Source: Candidatus Eiseniibacteriota bacterium
Lineage (GTDB): Bacteria > Joyebacterota > Joyebacteria > Joyebacterales > Joyebacteraceae
Assembly: GCA_030595835.1 (NCBI GenBank)
Contig: JAUVLG010000002.1
Span: 19,147-83,146 of the forward strand
Reading direction: 5' to 3'
DNA length: 64,000 nt
Both the position numbers and the translations under genes were made by a program. Shown here piece after piece: positions 1 to 9,485 of this stretch (the stretch's first letter is position 1; each line of letters begins with the position of its first letter). A model generated the notes under the pieces. It was not told where the DNA came from. It did not search any database and was given only the letters and a program-made list of their open reading frames with translations.

Positions 1-1445
1 TCCCCGCCCCGCTCGCGGAGTTCGGCGATACTGCCGATGCAGTCCCGCCGCTCGCACTTCTCGCAGATCCAGATGTTCAGCGGCGTGCCCCAGTAGCGGT
101 CACGCGAAACGGCCCAGTCGACGTTGTTCTCGAGCCAGTCACCGAGCCTGTTGGCGCCGATCTCCTTGGGGTGCCACTTGATCTTGGCGTTGTTCGCGAT
201 CATCTCGCTCTTGAACTGCGTCGTCCGCACGTACCACGAGTGCCGAGCGTAGTAGACGAGCGGCGAATCGCACCGCCAGCAGAAGGGGTAGGTGTGCGTG
301 ACGGTATCGCTCTTATAGAGGGAACCACGCTTGTCCAGATCTTCGGCGATGAGCGGGTCAGCGTCCTTGATGAACATACCGGCCCACGGCTTCACCTCGG
401 ATGTGAAGCTACCCGTGTCATCGACAGGCTGGACGAACGGCAGGTCGTGCTCGACGCCCACGCGGTAGTCGTCCTCGCCGAAAGCCGGCGCCGTGTGGAC
501 GATACCGGTGCCATCCTCGAGCGTGACGAAGTCCGCGCCGATCACATACCAGGCCTTCTTGTCGACGTGCACAAACGTGTAGAGGGGCTCGTACTCCTTG
601 CCGATGAGATCTAGCCCTAAGTACTTCTCCAGAATCTCGTACTCTTCATCCAGCACGGACAGAAGGGCCTCGGCCAGTATGAGATTCTCGCCTCCCGATT
701 TCACCTTGACGTAGCTCTCGGTGGGCGCGACGGCCAGCGCGACGTTGGATATCAGTGTCCACGGCGTCGTCGTCCATACGAGGAAGGACGTATCGGGGTC
801 TTCCTTGAGCCTCATTCTGATGAAGACCGACGGGTCGACGGCGTCCCTGTAGCCTTGCGCGACCTCGTGGCTCGACAACGGCGTCCCGCAGCGCGGGCAG
901 TAGGGCAGGATCTTGTGGCCCTTGTAGATGAGGTCACGGTCCCACATCAGCTTGAGGATGTGCCAGACCGACTCGACGTAGTCGTTGGTGCACGTGACAT
1001 ACGGATCGGACAGGTCGAGCCAGTACCCCATGCGGCGGGTCAGTTCGTCCCACTCGTCCTTGTACGTGAACACACTGTGGAGGCACTTCTCGGCGAACTC
1101 GGCGACGCCGTACTTCTCGATGTCTTCCTTGCTCTCGAGATCGAGCTGCTTCTCGACCTCGATCTCGACCGGCAGCCCGTGCGTGTCCCACCCGGCCTTC
1201 CGCTCAACCAGGAAACCCTTCATCGTCTTGTAGCGACAGATGGCGTCCTTCACGGTGCGCGCCAGCACGTGATGCGTTCCCGGATGGCCGTTCGCTGTCG
1301 GAGGACCCTCGAAGAAAACGAATCTCGGGGCCTCCGCACGCTCGTCCGTGCTCCGGCGGAAGGTATCGTCGCTATCCCAGAACTCGAGCACTTCCTTCTC
1401 GATATCCGGCAGCGACTGCTTCTTATGTAGTTCCTTGAAGCTCAT
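1..1445 (-). CDS. ileS: Isoleucyl-tRNA synthetase, N-terminal part (gene continues beyond window start)
   Basis: Reverse-strand translation from ATG (rc of 1443-1445) reads MSFKELHKKQSLPDIEKEVLEFWDSDDTFRRSTDERAEAPRFVFFEGPPTANGHPGTHHVL...; a class I aaRS HIGH-type motif (PTANGHPGTHH) and a type-2 IleRS N-terminus. There is no stop before position 1, so the gene is truncated by the window edge and absent from the ORF track. Confidence 0.85.
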   Translation of the reverse strand, partial: MSFKELHKKQSLPDIEKEVLEFWDSDDTFRRSTDERAEAPRFVFFEGPPTANGHPGTHHVLARTVKDAICRYKTMKGFLVERKAGWDTHGLPVEIEVEKQLDLESKEDIEKYGVAEFAEKCLHSVFTYKDEWDELTRRMGYWLDLSDPYVTCTNDYVESVWHILKLMWDRDLIYKGHKILPYCPRCGTPLSSHEVAQGYRDAVDPSVFIRMRLKEDPDTSFLVWTTTPWTLISNVALAVAPTESYVKVKSGGENLILAEALLSVLDEEYEILEKYLGLDLIGKEYEPLYTFVHVDKKAWYVIGADFVTLEDGTGIVHTAPAFGEDDYRVGVEHDLPFVQPVDDTGSFTSEVKPWAGMFIKDADPLIAEDLDKRGSLYKSDTVTHTYPFCWRCDSPLVYYARHSWYVRTTQFKSEMIANNAKIKWHPKEIGANRLGDWLENNVDWAVSRDRYWGTPLNIWICEKCERRDCIGSIAELRERGG

Positions 1446-1517
1446 GCGCTCCTTAGGTACGGCTCCCACGCGCCCTCGTCTCGACACGTTGTGCGTCAAC
1501 GCGGCCCGCCTGGTGCT

Positions 1518-2348
1518 TTACATCTCCTTGACGAGACGGAAGACCAGCTGGGTCAGCTTCGGCTCGGCGCCGGCGGCGACCTTGAGGATCTCCTCGTGAC
1601 TTGCGGGCTGGAGGGCGTCCGCCAGACATACGTCGGTGATTATCGCCAGCCCCACAACTCGCATGCCGCCGTGAATGGCCACGATGTTCTCGGCCACCAT
1701 CGACATGCTGACTACGTCCGCCCCGATGGTGGTCAGGTAACGGTACTCCGCCGCCGTCTCGAGGTTCGGCCCGGCCACGCCCACGAAGACGCCCTTCCTC
1801 AGGCGTATCTTCTCATCGAGCGCGATGTCCTCAGCGAGGCGCACGAACTCGCGGTCGTACGGCTGCGACATGTCGGGGAAGCGCGGTCCCAGGGTCTCGT
1901 CGTTGGGACCGATGAGCGGGTTGTCGCCCGTCAGGTTGATCTGGTCGACGATGGCCACGATGTCGCCCTTGTCGTAGAGGGGGTTCATACCCCCGGCGGC
2001 GCACGTGAGAATGAGCTTCCCGGCGCCCAGCGCGCGCAGCACGCGGGTCGGGAAGGTCACCTCCTGCATCGTGTAGCCTTCGTAGTAGTGAACGCGCCCG
2101 TTCATAAGCGCCACGGGCTTGCCGCTCACGGTCCCGAGCACCAGCTCGCCTGCGTGGCCCTGAACACCCGACTTCGGGAAGTGCGGGATATCACCGAACG
2201 GGATCGTCGCATCCACTTCCATGCGGCTGGAGAGATTGCCCAGACCGCTGCCCAGGACAACGGCGATCTCAGGCACGACCGCAGACTGCTCGCGGATGAA
2301 CGCGACTGCCTCGTCTATCTTCTGTGTCAGCTTCAGTGTGTCTGCCAT
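1518..2348 (-). CDS. Purine nucleoside phosphorylase (PNP-I family, inosine/guanosine type)
   Basis: 276 aa; PNP-I-family (inosine/guanosine type) motifs such as NGRVHYYEGYTMQEVTFPTRVLRALGAGKLILTCAAGGMNP; sits directly upstream of ileS on the same strand. Confidence 0.9.
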   Translation of the reverse strand: MADTLKLTQKIDEAVAFIREQSAVVPEIAVVLGSGLGNLSSRMEVDATIPFGDIPHFPKSGVQGHAGELVLGTVSGKPVALMNGRVHYYEGYTMQEVTFPTRVLRALGAGKLILTCAAGGMNPLYDKGDIVAIVDQINLTGDNPLIGPNDETLGPRFPDMSQPYDREFVRLAEDIALDEKIRLRKGVFVGVAGPNLETAAEYRYLTTIGADVVSMSMVAENIVAIHGGMRVVGLAIITDVCLADALQPASHEEILKVAAGAEPKLTQLVFRLVKEM

Positions 2349-2395
2349 GGTACGTTCGATCCTCCGGTATCGGTTTCGTTGCTCGCTGCCCGCAT

Positions 2396-2698
2396 CTACT
2401 CGAGACGGGCTGCCAACTGGTAGAGTGTCGCCACCAGGAACCTCTGAATGAAGTAGATAGCGAAGAACGCCAACATCGGCGAAAGGTCAAACCCTCCCTG
2501 AACAGTGAACGGCAGCTTCCTCCTGATCCAGGCCAGGAGCGGGTGCGTTATCTGCCTGAGGAACATCACCGCCGGATGCACGGACCGTGGGGCGAACCAC
2601 GAAACGATCACTATGGTGAAGAGCGCTATCATATAGAGAAGCAGCGCGATGTCGATGATGGTGGCGATGGCGCCTACGAGATTGCCCACTGCGAACAC
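2396..2698 (-). CDS. yggT: YggT-family small membrane protein
   Basis: C-terminal ~100 aa of the 158-aa ORF (VFAVGNLVGAIATIIDIALLLYMIALFTIVIVSWFAP...FFAIYFIQRFLVATLYQLAARLE) matches YggT/Ycf19 family membrane proteins. Start placed at an in-frame GTG (2696-2698) preceded by GAGGG, just downstream of the yggS stop; the longer ORF would overlap yggS by 170 nt. Confidence 0.6.
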   Translation of the reverse strand: MFAVGNLVGAIATIIDIALLLYMIALFTIVIVSWFAPRSVHPAVMFLRQITHPLLAWIRRKLPFTVQGGFDLSPMLAFFAIYFIQRFLVATLYQLAARLE

Positions 2699-2703
2699 GG
2701 TCT

Positions 2704-3390
2704 CTACCCTCGCTCCCCGAAGATTGCTCTGCCTACCCGCACGATCGTGGCGCCCTCCTCGATGGCCACCTCGTAGTCGTTGGTCATGCCCATCGACAGG
2801 TGTTCCATTGAGACGCCGGGGATGACCCTCTCCTCTATAGCACTTCTGAGCTCCCGAAGTCGTCTGAAGCACGGGCGGACATCCTCGGGGTCCGGCAGGA
2901 ATGCCCCGATGGTCATGAGCCCCAGGATCTTGAGCCGCGGCAGATCGGCCATCTCCTCGAGGGCCGCCACCGTCTCATCGGGCTCCAGCCCGAACTTCGT
3001 CTCCTCGCCGGAAGTGTTCACCTCGACCAGCACATCGATGTCGACACCCGTGGATTCGCACGCGATCGAGATCTCACGAGCCAGGCGGACACTGTCCACC
3101 GACTGGATCATATCGAAGAGCGGGAGAGCCTTCCTGACCTTGTTGGTCTGAAGGTGCCCCACCAGGTGCTTCTCGACGGGCGGCAGCTCTCCTTTGAACT
3201 TCCGCTCGGCCTCCTGCACCCTGTTCTCCCCGATGCAGGTGACCCCCGCCTCAATTGCCTCGATGATGAGGGCCGGCTCCACCGTCTTCGTAATGCCGAC
3301 CAGCGTGACGTCACCGGGGTCTCGCAACGCCCGGGCCGCCGCGGCCTCGATCCGGTCACGAACCTCCCTGACGTTGTCGGCGATGGCCAA
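2704..3390 (-). CDS. yggS: PLP-binding YggS/PLPBP family protein
   Basis: 228 aa; alanine-racemase-fold YggS signature (LVGITKTV...IGENRVQEA...KHLVGHLQTNKVRKA...LKILGLMTIGAF...LSMGMTNDYEVAIEEGATIVRVGRAIFG). Confidence 0.9.
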   Translation of the reverse strand: MAIADNVREVRDRIEAAAARALRDPGDVTLVGITKTVEPALIIEAIEAGVTCIGENRVQEAERKFKGELPPVEKHLVGHLQTNKVRKALPLFDMIQSVDSVRLAREISIACESTGVDIDVLVEVNTSGEETKFGLEPDETVAALEEMADLPRLKILGLMTIGAFLPDPEDVRPCFRRLRELRSAIEERVIPGVSMEHLSMGMTNDYEVAIEEGATIVRVGRAIFGERG

Positions 3391-3653
3391 GATACTGCCT
3401 CCGGTCCGGGTTCAGTAGAACCATATATTATAGTCTGAGGCTGGGGGGTCGGCAACGCAAAAACAGCCCGGACGACGCTCCCCCAGCCACGCCGGCACCC
3501 CCTGACAGCCCGAAAACACGCGCTGTGCAGTCTTTTCCGCTTGCCCTGCCTTGCCCGCTGATGCTAGCCTATGCGGACGCGCAAAGAGCGTGGGTACAGC
3601 GTAACAACACCTGTGTGAGGTCCGTACAGGGACGGCACTCGGAGGAGAACCGG

Positions 3654-4136
3654 ATGAGCAAGACAGTTGCAGGCGGCTTCAAACCACGTGTTCTGGTCTT
3701 CTGCTGCAACTGGTGCGCGTACGCCGGCGCAGACCTGGCAGGCGTGTCCAGACTCAAGATAACTCCACATTTCCGGGTTATCAGAACCATGTGCTCGGGC
3801 CGCGTGGATCCCGAGCTCATTCTTGAGGCCTTCGCAGAGGGCGCGGACGGGGTCATGGTCGCGGGGTGCCACCCTGGCGACTGCCACTATATGGAAGGCA
3901 ACTACAAGACCATGCGGCGCATGGCCTTCCTGAAGAAGCTCGTCTCGGACCTGGGACTCGAGCCGGACAGACTGGCGCTCGAGTGGGTGTCGGCCGGCGA
4001 GGGAAGCAGGTTCCGCGAGGTCATCAACGGGTTCGTCGAGAAGATCATCGAGCTTGGGCCCAGCCCGATCGGAAAGAGGGCCGAGGCAAGGACGGGCCTG
4101 GACGCAGTGGGCCGTGGCGAAGCAGTGGGCGGCTGA
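3654..4136 (+). CDS. MvhD/FlpD-like hydrogenase iron-sulfur (delta) subunit family protein, stand-alone
   Basis: From the internal ATG at 3654 (RBS GGAGGAG upstream): MSKTVAGGFKPRVLVFCCNWCAYAGADLAGVSRLKITPHFRVIRTMCSGRVDPELILEAFAEGADGVMVAGCHPGDCHYMEGNYK...; a characteristic MvhD Cys pattern. The upstream 43 codons of the long ORF look non-coding. Confidence 0.8.
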   Translation: MSKTVAGGFKPRVLVFCCNWCAYAGADLAGVSRLKITPHFRVIRTMCSGRVDPELILEAFAEGADGVMVAGCHPGDCHYMEGNYKTMRRMAFLKKLVSDLGLEPDRLALEWVSAGEGSRFREVINGFVEKIIELGPSPIGKRAEARTGLDAVGRGEAVGG

Positions 4137-4172
4137 CCAGTAGCCGGACGACCAAAGGAGATCGGGTAGGGC

Positions 4173-4195
4173 GGGGCCTCGCGGCCCCGTCTTCC
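4173..4195 (+). terminator. Weak intrinsic-terminator-like hairpin after the mvhD-like gene
   Basis: GGGGCC-UCGC-GGCCCC stem-loop followed by GUCUUCC; the U-tract is poor. Confidence 0.3.
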
Positions 4196-4330
4196 TACAC
4201 CACCGGACGTACGGCTCCGTGTCCGGCTGTTCATGGGGAGCACATGAGGCTCTGAAGAGCCCCCTAATCTGCGTCGTCGTTGCGTGCCCTGCCCGTTTGC
4301 CACGGGGTTCCCCTAGCCCCGGCGCTGCCG

Positions 4331-7300
4331 CTACTTCATAAGGACGACCTTCCTGGTCAGCGCGGTGTCTTCTGCCGTCAGACGAACGAAGTAGATACCC
4401 GATGCAACGGGCACACCGTGACTGTCCGTGCCGTCCCAGGTAACAGAGCTCCGCCCGCCGGCCACTCTGCCGCTGGCAAGTGTTGTCACACGCGCACCGG
4501 CGATGTTGAAGACCGCCAGGTCGATGTCGGCGCCGCCGTCCGGAACGGCGTAGGCGATCATCGTGACGGGGTTGAACGGGTTGGGTACGTTCTGATCAAG
4601 CCTTGCCCCGGACACCGACCAGGATTCGTCCCCGGGCACGCCGACCTCGAGTTCGTAGTTGTAGAAGCCCGTGCGCCTGCTGTTGTGGCGCCAGCTGCCC
4701 CACTCGACGCCGTCTCCGTCGTCGTATGAGCCCTCGGTATCCCAGACGTAGACCAATCCGTCCATGCCGGAGACGATGACCTCAACGTCGCCATCGAGAT
4801 CGAGATCGGCCAGGGCCGGCGACGAGATGACCTCACCGTCTGTCTGGATGGGCCATCCGGCCAGCGGGGAGCCGTCGGTGTCGTATCCGTAGACCTTCCC
4901 GTTGTTGGAGCCCACCACTATCTCGACGTCCGGGTCGTTGTCGATGTTCCCCACCGACACGCTGCCGCGCTTGTCATTGAAGTCGCCGCCGACCATTGTC
5001 TGCGGCCACCCGGGGTAGACGGCGCCCTCCCAGGTCCAGACGTGGATCTTCGCGTCCGTACTCGTTATCAGGATCTCGAGGTCACCATCTCCGTCCAGGT
5101 CGGCAAGCGTTGGCGATGACGCGAAGTCGTCGTTCTGCACGCACGGCTGGGGCCAGTTTGGGAAGACCGATCCGTCGCTGGAGAAGAGCCAGACCTCGTT
5201 GCTGTTCGATGAGGCGACGACCTCTATCATGCCGTTGTTGTTCACGTCGCCGACTGCGACGGAACCTCTGGCGTCACCGCCGACGTTGACGGGCCATCCC
5301 TGCACCATTGATCCATCGGGGTTGAAGCAGTAGATGCTGTCCGAACGGGATGGAACGACGATCTCCAGATCGTAGTCGTGGTCGATGTCGACCACGGCCA
5401 CGGAGCCGAAGGCCCAGCTGGCGTCCAGCGAGGCGAAGGTGCCGTTTGGATTCAGGAACCCGGAGCCGTCAGCGTTCCACACGTAGAGATAGCCGTCCGC
5501 GCATGGAAGGATGATCTCATCGATGCCGTCGTGGTCCAGATCGGAGAGGGTGGGAGTGGCCCAGCAGAGCTTGTTCAACAAGACAGGCCAATTACCCGGG
5601 AGTACCGTTCCGTCCTCGGCGTTCCAGGCCCAGATCTCGTAGGCGGGATGCCCCTCGGGTCCCACGTCGCCGAAGGCGGCCCCCACGAGCTCCAGATACG
5701 GGTCACTGTCGAGCTGTCCGACGGCGATGGAGGACCTGTAGCCGCCCGTGCCTTCCTCAGCGAGCACGCCCTCCGTCCTCGGGTCGCCGTCACCATCAAT
5801 GATCTCGGTGCCGTCGTGATGCCAACCGTAGATCTCGCCCGACCCCACGAGCACCTCTAAGTCACCGTCCAGGTCCACGTCCACCGCGAGGGGGGAGCCG
5901 TACATGGCCTCGCCGCCCATCAGGGGCCATCCTGCCTGTGCCGGCGGGTTCGTGTTGATCTCAAGCGTGTCAGAGTGAACTCCCTCGTTGCCTGATGAGT
6001 CGATGGCGCTCACGTAGTAGTAGTACCTCTGATTCTCGGCGAGCCCCGCGTCCTCGTAGCAGGAGATCCGCTCGATGACGGCGGAGTTGACCTGCTCGAA
6101 CGTCCCGAAGGGATGGTCGGTCCTGTAGATGTCGTAGCCCCAGAGGTCCTCCGTGACGTCGGGATCCCACGTGAGGTAGATGGTCGTGGCCTTGACCCGG
6201 CCGTCGAGCCCCGTGGGTATGGGAGGTGCCACGACATCGAAGTTCTTGACCCACGTCTTCCCGTCCTCATCCGTCAGCACCAGTTCAAACTCCTGCGTGA
6301 TGGCGGAATTGACCGTGAAGACAAAGCCGGTCTGGCCGGAGGCGGCCGCGCCTGCTGCGATGTCACCCCACGTGTCCAGGCTGTCGGATATGGACACCTC
6401 CGCTGACGGGTAGTTCAGCTCGGCGCTCACGACGTCGGCCTCGCCGTTGCCCTCGTTCAGGATGTCGATCGTCAGAGTGACCGTCTCTCCGACGTGCGGG
6501 ACGCCGTCGTTGCCGTCATCGTAGTTGTTGCGGAGCTGCGTCAGGATCGGACGGAGCACCCTGAGGGTGTACGTGTCCGTCCAACTGCCGCGTGCCGGCT
6601 CGTCGAACTGGAGCGTGAACTCGATGTCGTAGTCGTTCGGGCACGAGTCCGCAATGTCGACCGAGAAAGCGGCCGGGTAGGCCACCTGGCTCGTTGCTCC
6701 GATGGTCCCCAGCGACTCCGTACCGTCTACGAGCGCCGCGTACGGGTCGGTAGTGGAGAGCGTTGCAGTGACGCCGGTCGCAGCCGTCAGGCCACCGTTT
6801 CCGACCGTGATGCCGAGTTCGACCGTCTCGCCGGCTTCGGCGCTGCCGTTGGCGTTGCCGTCGCTTCCGCCCACGGCATCGTCATCGACCGTGGTGGAGC
6901 GCAGTGTGAGGTGTGCGCCCGTGGACGACGTCACGCCGACTGAATCTTCGTAGGGGTAGTGGTTCTTCGCGGTAACGGTGATGGTCATTGAGCCCGTCGT
7001 CTGGGGCGTGAACGACAGTACCACCTGGCCGGACGCGTTGGTGTAGCCAGTCGCGTAGACCTCATCGTCCTTGACCAGACAGACAAGCGCGCTGTCTACC
7101 GCGGCCGGGTCGACCACGGTGACTGTCAGGTCGGTTGCGCCGAGCGGCACGCTCGAGTCGTGGATGGCCGACAGCGCTACGGGCCTCTTAGTCCAGAGGC
7201 GTGACTCCGGGTCGCCCAGGAACACGTAGCTCATCTGAGTCCAGCGATCCGTGTTGTCGTAGGACGACTCCGGCACGTAGGGGATCTTGCACATCGCGGA

Positions 7301-9034
7301 CACAACACCGGTTCTGTCGACTCCGTCGTAGAGCAGCTCGTGCCACGTGTAGTAGTAGTCTTTGGCCGTCGTGGGGAAGCAGAATCGCGTTGGGCCGAAG
7401 ACGAACGTTGAACCGCCGTTCGGGTTGTTCATGAAATGCTCGGCGATGCAGTCTTCCTCCGTCTTCGTTGACGTGCAGTTCAGCATCCAGAGGAAACCGC
7501 ATCTCTCGACCCCATTCGTGAGTGCATCGACGTCCTGGACCGTGATGTACTCGTTCTTGCTACACCGCAGGATGTCCTTGTTGCCGTGTCCCACGTGCGA
7601 TGTGATGTTGTGGCCGACGTTCAGCGAGTCCAGGGCCGCCTGTGCCGTCAGCTCGAACGACTCGGGGAACGGCTGGTAGTTCTGGTACACGAGCGCCGGG
7701 TGTACCTCGGGCGGGAGAAGCGGCAGGACCGGCTCGACTACGTGCTCGGCGCCGTCGGTGCTGATGAGCTGTCCCTCTTCCCAGTCGTAGGGAAACAGCA
7801 CTTCCGCCAAATACAGATTTCGAGCCGCGAAGAGGCCGTCGGGCATCTTCTCGTAGGTCAGCGTCTTCGTAACGAACGTCTCGACCTCGAGAGTGTTGGC
7901 TGTAGGCGCTCTGCCGACGAAGATGTCGGGGTACAGGTCAACGCTGTCGCCGGGAGACGTTACGCCCGCGTACCCCTCGCCGAACTTGCTGTCGCCGTCC
8001 AGGTTCCAGTTGTCGTCCAGGTCCGAGTAGTAGAGGTCGTTCGTCACCTCCCAGCCCCCGTAGTAAGCGGACCAGGCGTCCCTGATGGGCACGATGTTCG
8101 TTTCGCCGCCGAGCAGGATGAAGGTCGTTCCCCAGGACTCATACGCGTCCTGGATGAAGAAGCGAATGCGCTCGGTCAGGTCGGTCCCGCCAGAGTAGTT
8201 GGCATCGATCCAGGACACCGTCCGAATGACTGTCGGGATGCCCTTCTTCATCTTCCAGTCCACCAGGTCCTGGAAGTACGGCGCGAACTCGTCGCTCGTG
8301 ATGATGACGTACTCGACCGGGCTGCCCTCGAGTGACGGAGTGTAGCGGGGCATGAACCCATCCACACCTACTCCATCGACAACGTCGAGGTTCTGGAGCT
8401 TCCCTGCTACGTCCCACGGATTTTCCACCAGGCCCTCGACCAGTTCTCTATACAGTTTCTCGGAGCTTGCCGTCACCCGTATTCTCGGGTGCGCGCGGTT
8501 CGTGGCCGGCGTAAGCTCGAGTGCGACGGATACGTCGCTGGCCAGGATCAGCCGTCCACTCCCGGGCGAGTACTGCAATGGGTAGACCGCCACGCTCGCG
8601 ATGCGGTAGCCGCCCATGTAGCCCTCTCCGAGGTACTCGATACGGTTGCGGGGATAAAGCTCGTCGCTCTCATAGACGGAGCGGTCGGGATCGGCCCACA
8701 CGGCCGTCTCACCGATCGGCACCTCCGGCTGAGCGGGGAGAACTCTGTGGACTCCCGGGAGTTCCTCCTCGATGAGGTGGGAGATGGTCACGCCCTCCAC
8801 ACGCATGTCAGACGGCACCACGAAGCGCAGCACCCTCACGGGCAGCTCGGGCATCCCGACATCAGAGAGAGACCGGCATCCCTGCACGGTGACTTTCGAG
8901 AACTCACCCGCGGGTGCCACCGAAACCGCTTCACTGCTAAAAGATGTGTCGGTCGCGGGCCCTGCGGCCCATGCCGGCAGCGCCATGCACACGACGGCGA
9001 TGAGCAGCCAGTGTGCGAGGTATCTCGGGGCCAT
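4331..9034 (-). CDS. Secreted C25 (gingipain-like) cysteine peptidase with FG-GAP/beta-propeller repeats, FN3-like region and FlgD-like/T9SS C-terminal sorting domain (1567 aa)
   Basis: Signal peptide MAPRYLAHWLLIAVVCMALPAWAAGP. C25 core: VEYVIITSDEFAPYFQDLVDWKMKKGIPTVI...FILLGGETNIVPIRDA; catalytic-region motifs SHVGHGN and MLNCTS. Multiple DxDxDGxxE FG-GAP-like repeats (DLDGDGDLEILI, DVNNNGMIEVVA, DLDHDGIDEIIL, DLDLDGDVEVIV). C-terminus NPFNPVTMIAYAVP...VTWDGTDSHGVPVASGIYFVRLTAEDTALTRKVVLMK. Confidence 0.85.
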   Translation of the reverse strand: MAPRYLAHWLLIAVVCMALPAWAAGPATDTSFSSEAVSVAPAGEFSKVTVQGCRSLSDVGMPELPVRVLRFVVPSDMRVEGVTISHLIEEELPGVHRVLPAQPEVPIGETAVWADPDRSVYESDELYPRNRIEYLGEGYMGGYRIASVAVYPLQYSPGSGRLILASDVSVALELTPATNRAHPRIRVTASSEKLYRELVEGLVENPWDVAGKLQNLDVVDGVGVDGFMPRYTPSLEGSPVEYVIITSDEFAPYFQDLVDWKMKKGIPTVIRTVSWIDANYSGGTDLTERIRFFIQDAYESWGTTFILLGGETNIVPIRDAWSAYYGGWEVTNDLYYSDLDDNWNLDGDSKFGEGYAGVTSPGDSVDLYPDIFVGRAPTANTLEVETFVTKTLTYEKMPDGLFAARNLYLAEVLFPYDWEEGQLISTDGAEHVVEPVLPLLPPEVHPALVYQNYQPFPESFELTAQAALDSLNVGHNITSHVGHGNKDILRCSKNEYITVQDVDALTNGVERCGFLWMLNCTSTKTEEDCIAEHFMNNPNGGSTFVFGPTRFCFPTTAKDYYYTWHELLYDGVDRTGVVSAMCKIPYVPESSYDNTDRWTQMSYVFLGDPESRLWTKRPVALSAIHDSSVPLGATDLTVTVVDPAAVDSALVCLVKDDEVYATGYTNASGQVVLSFTPQTTGSMTITVTAKNHYPYEDSVGVTSSTGAHLTLRSTTVDDDAVGGSDGNANGSAEAGETVELGITVGNGGLTAATGVTATLSTTDPYAALVDGTESLGTIGATSQVAYPAAFSVDIADSCPNDYDIEFTLQFDEPARGSWTDTYTLRVLRPILTQLRNNYDDGNDGVPHVGETVTLTIDILNEGNGEADVVSAELNYPSAEVSISDSLDTWGDIAAGAAASGQTGFVFTVNSAITQEFELVLTDEDGKTWVKNFDVVAPPIPTGLDGRVKATTIYLTWDPDVTEDLWGYDIYRTDHPFGTFEQVNSAVIERISCYEDAGLAENQRYYYYVSAIDSSGNEGVHSDTLEINTNPPAQAGWPLMGGEAMYGSPLAVDVDLDGDLEVLVGSGEIYGWHHDGTEIIDGDGDPRTEGVLAEEGTGGYRSSIAVGQLDSDPYLELVGAAFGDVGPEGHPAYEIWAWNAEDGTVLPGNWPVLLNKLCWATPTLSDLDHDGIDEIILPCADGYLYVWNADGSGFLNPNGTFASLDASWAFGSVAVVDIDHDYDLEIVVPSRSDSIYCFNPDGSMVQGWPVNVGGDARGSVAVGDVNNNGMIEVVASSNSNEVWLFSSDGSVFPNWPQPCVQNDDFASSPTLADLDGDGDLEILITSTDAKIHVWTWEGAVYPGWPQTMVGGDFNDKRGSVSVGNIDNDPDVEIVVGSNNGKVYGYDTDGSPLAGWPIQTDGEVISSPALADLDLDGDVEVIVSGMDGLVYVWDTEGSYDDGDGVEWGSWRHNSRRTGFYNYELEVGVPGDESWSVSGARLDQNVPNPFNPVTMIAYAVPDGGADIDLAVFNIAGARVTTLASGRVAGGRSSVTWDGTDSHGVPVASGIYFVRLTAEDTALTRKVVLMK

Positions 9035-9320
9035 CGTTGTTCTCCTCTCTCACCAGGTGGGACCGTGACGTCCACCACAGATAGTTACAGGACCGAGGTC
9101 TTCTCACGACGACTCCCGATCCTGGCATTGCCAGGAACGACAAGGCGATGAACACTGCGCCGGCGCTGCAGGGCGGAATCACAAGGTGTTGCCCCGTCGC
9201 TATTCCGGCTTCGCTGTTGCACTGAGAAGCAGTAGCAGTGTTGTCTTAGCAGTGCTCCCGTTGCCCCGTCGGCTTCCCGACCTGAGCTTACGTTTTGAGG
9301 GATTATAGAAGGATTTTACC

Positions 9321-9365
9321 ACAAAAAGCCACGGGGGTCAAGGATGTTCCCAGTCCCTGACCCCC
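9321..9365 (-). terminator. Intrinsic terminator downstream of the second C25 gene
   Basis: On the minus strand: GGGGGUCA-(17-nt loop)-UGACCCCC hairpin (plus coordinates 9333-9365), followed after 2 nt by GGCUUUUUGUGG (rc of 9321-9330). Confidence 0.45.
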
Positions 9366-9485
9366 CGCAGCTTGTCTGAGTTTGCCTGTCGTCGCGTGGT
9401 GCTACTCTGGAGAAGCCCCGCTTGGCAGGTCTTTCCGGACGATCCGACCAGACCACATGGAACGGTCGGGCTCACCCGTTCCGAG

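Noticed and set aside
3525-3653. N-terminal 43-codon extension of the MvhD-like ORF
   Set aside because: No RBS at 3525 and the extension has no MvhD homology, whereas the internal ATG at 3654 has a GGAGGAG RBS and begins exactly at the conserved MvhD N-terminus. The same reasoning was used to trim 35396-36847, 37893-38924, 45933-47282 and 42423-43418.
9035-9320. TATAAT box (rc of 9303-9308) as promoter for the first C25 gene
   Set aside because: It lies about 270 nt from the start codon and its -35 partner (TTGTGG) sits at 11-nt spacing. It overlaps the T-tract of the upstream terminator. Too uncertain to list as a feature.
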